The translations under genes were made by a program, and so were the position numbers. Shown here one piece after another: positions 63,478 through 64,000 of a stretch of DNA of 64,000 nt (positions are counted from its first letter, which is position 1; the number at the start of each line of letters is the position of its first letter). Source of the DNA: Tubiluchus corallicola. Taxonomy: Eukaryota > Animalia > Priapulida. The stretch lies in the NCBI GenBank assembly GCA_030141605.1, contig JAQGDQ010000818.1, positions 22,594-86,593 of the forward strand, in the 5' to 3' direction. Under the pieces are notes generated by a model. It saw only the letters and a program-made list of their open reading frames with translations, did no database searches and had not been told where the DNA came from.

Positions 63478-64000
63478 TATCTCTCAACTTTGCAGAATGT
63501 TTCTGCATGGATTTTCATACGGTACATCTGATTCGTAAGCATGCAACTGGAAACGAACATATACCTCGATCTTAATAGCATTTTACGTGAAGCAAGTTGC
63601 ACTATAAGCATTCTGTGGAGTTTAGGAACTAGTTTTGTCCTATTAACAACAATATGCAACTTTGTTTCAAAATATCGACTGTTTTATTTAAAGACAAGAA
63701 AACGCCCTTGTTAAATAAAGCTCAGAAAATTGGTTTTGATATTTTGTATCACTTACGTCCTGTGGTATTGCTCACAGAACTTGTATTTGCACCAATGCTG
63801 GATAAAACTTGTAAATATAAACTGCCCCATTTTAACTCCCCCTTTGAAACAAGTTTAGATAAAAGCTTCAAACTTGCATTTTGCTTAAAGCTTCAAAAAA
63901 TAATCAGAGCATTTGTAGCACGCATATTACTAAGTAAAAGTATAGATTACTTTATGTTGTCAACAAGATTATAAATGTGTTTCTCGTGAATCAGTGGTGC

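Overview
AT-rich, intron-containing animal (probably invertebrate) nuclear DNA, not prokaryotic; the ORF track is mostly repeat artefact. Two genes are arranged head-to-head. (1) Minus strand: the first coding exon of an ERC/ELKS/CAST (active-zone scaffold) gene at 12062-12799; its downstream exons were not found in the window. (2) Plus strand: an ANKRD26-like ankyrin-repeat gene that I spliced by hand with consistent GT-AG phases over 10 well-supported coding exons (24215-43893) and 3 further phase-compatible exons (55700-62297); it runs off the right edge. The introns are saturated with repeats: about 20 unrelated mini/microsatellite arrays, a 5S-rRNA-headed SINE, tRNA-headed SINEs, a bipartite RTE derivative, CR1-group and I-group LINE 3' ends, hAT-, piggyBac- and pogo-type MITEs, and three solo LTRs. 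The most interesting signals are: solo LTRs carrying a heat-shock-element cluster directly upstream of a TATA box; long inverted repeats that span introns or flank exons, including a possible competing (GTT)n/(AAC)n pairing around a polyQ exon; a candidate internal MG-start exon; and a SINE whose middle is amplified about 10 times. All coordinates were read by eye and repeat edges are approximate. No database searches were run, and I cannot claim a proven new system.
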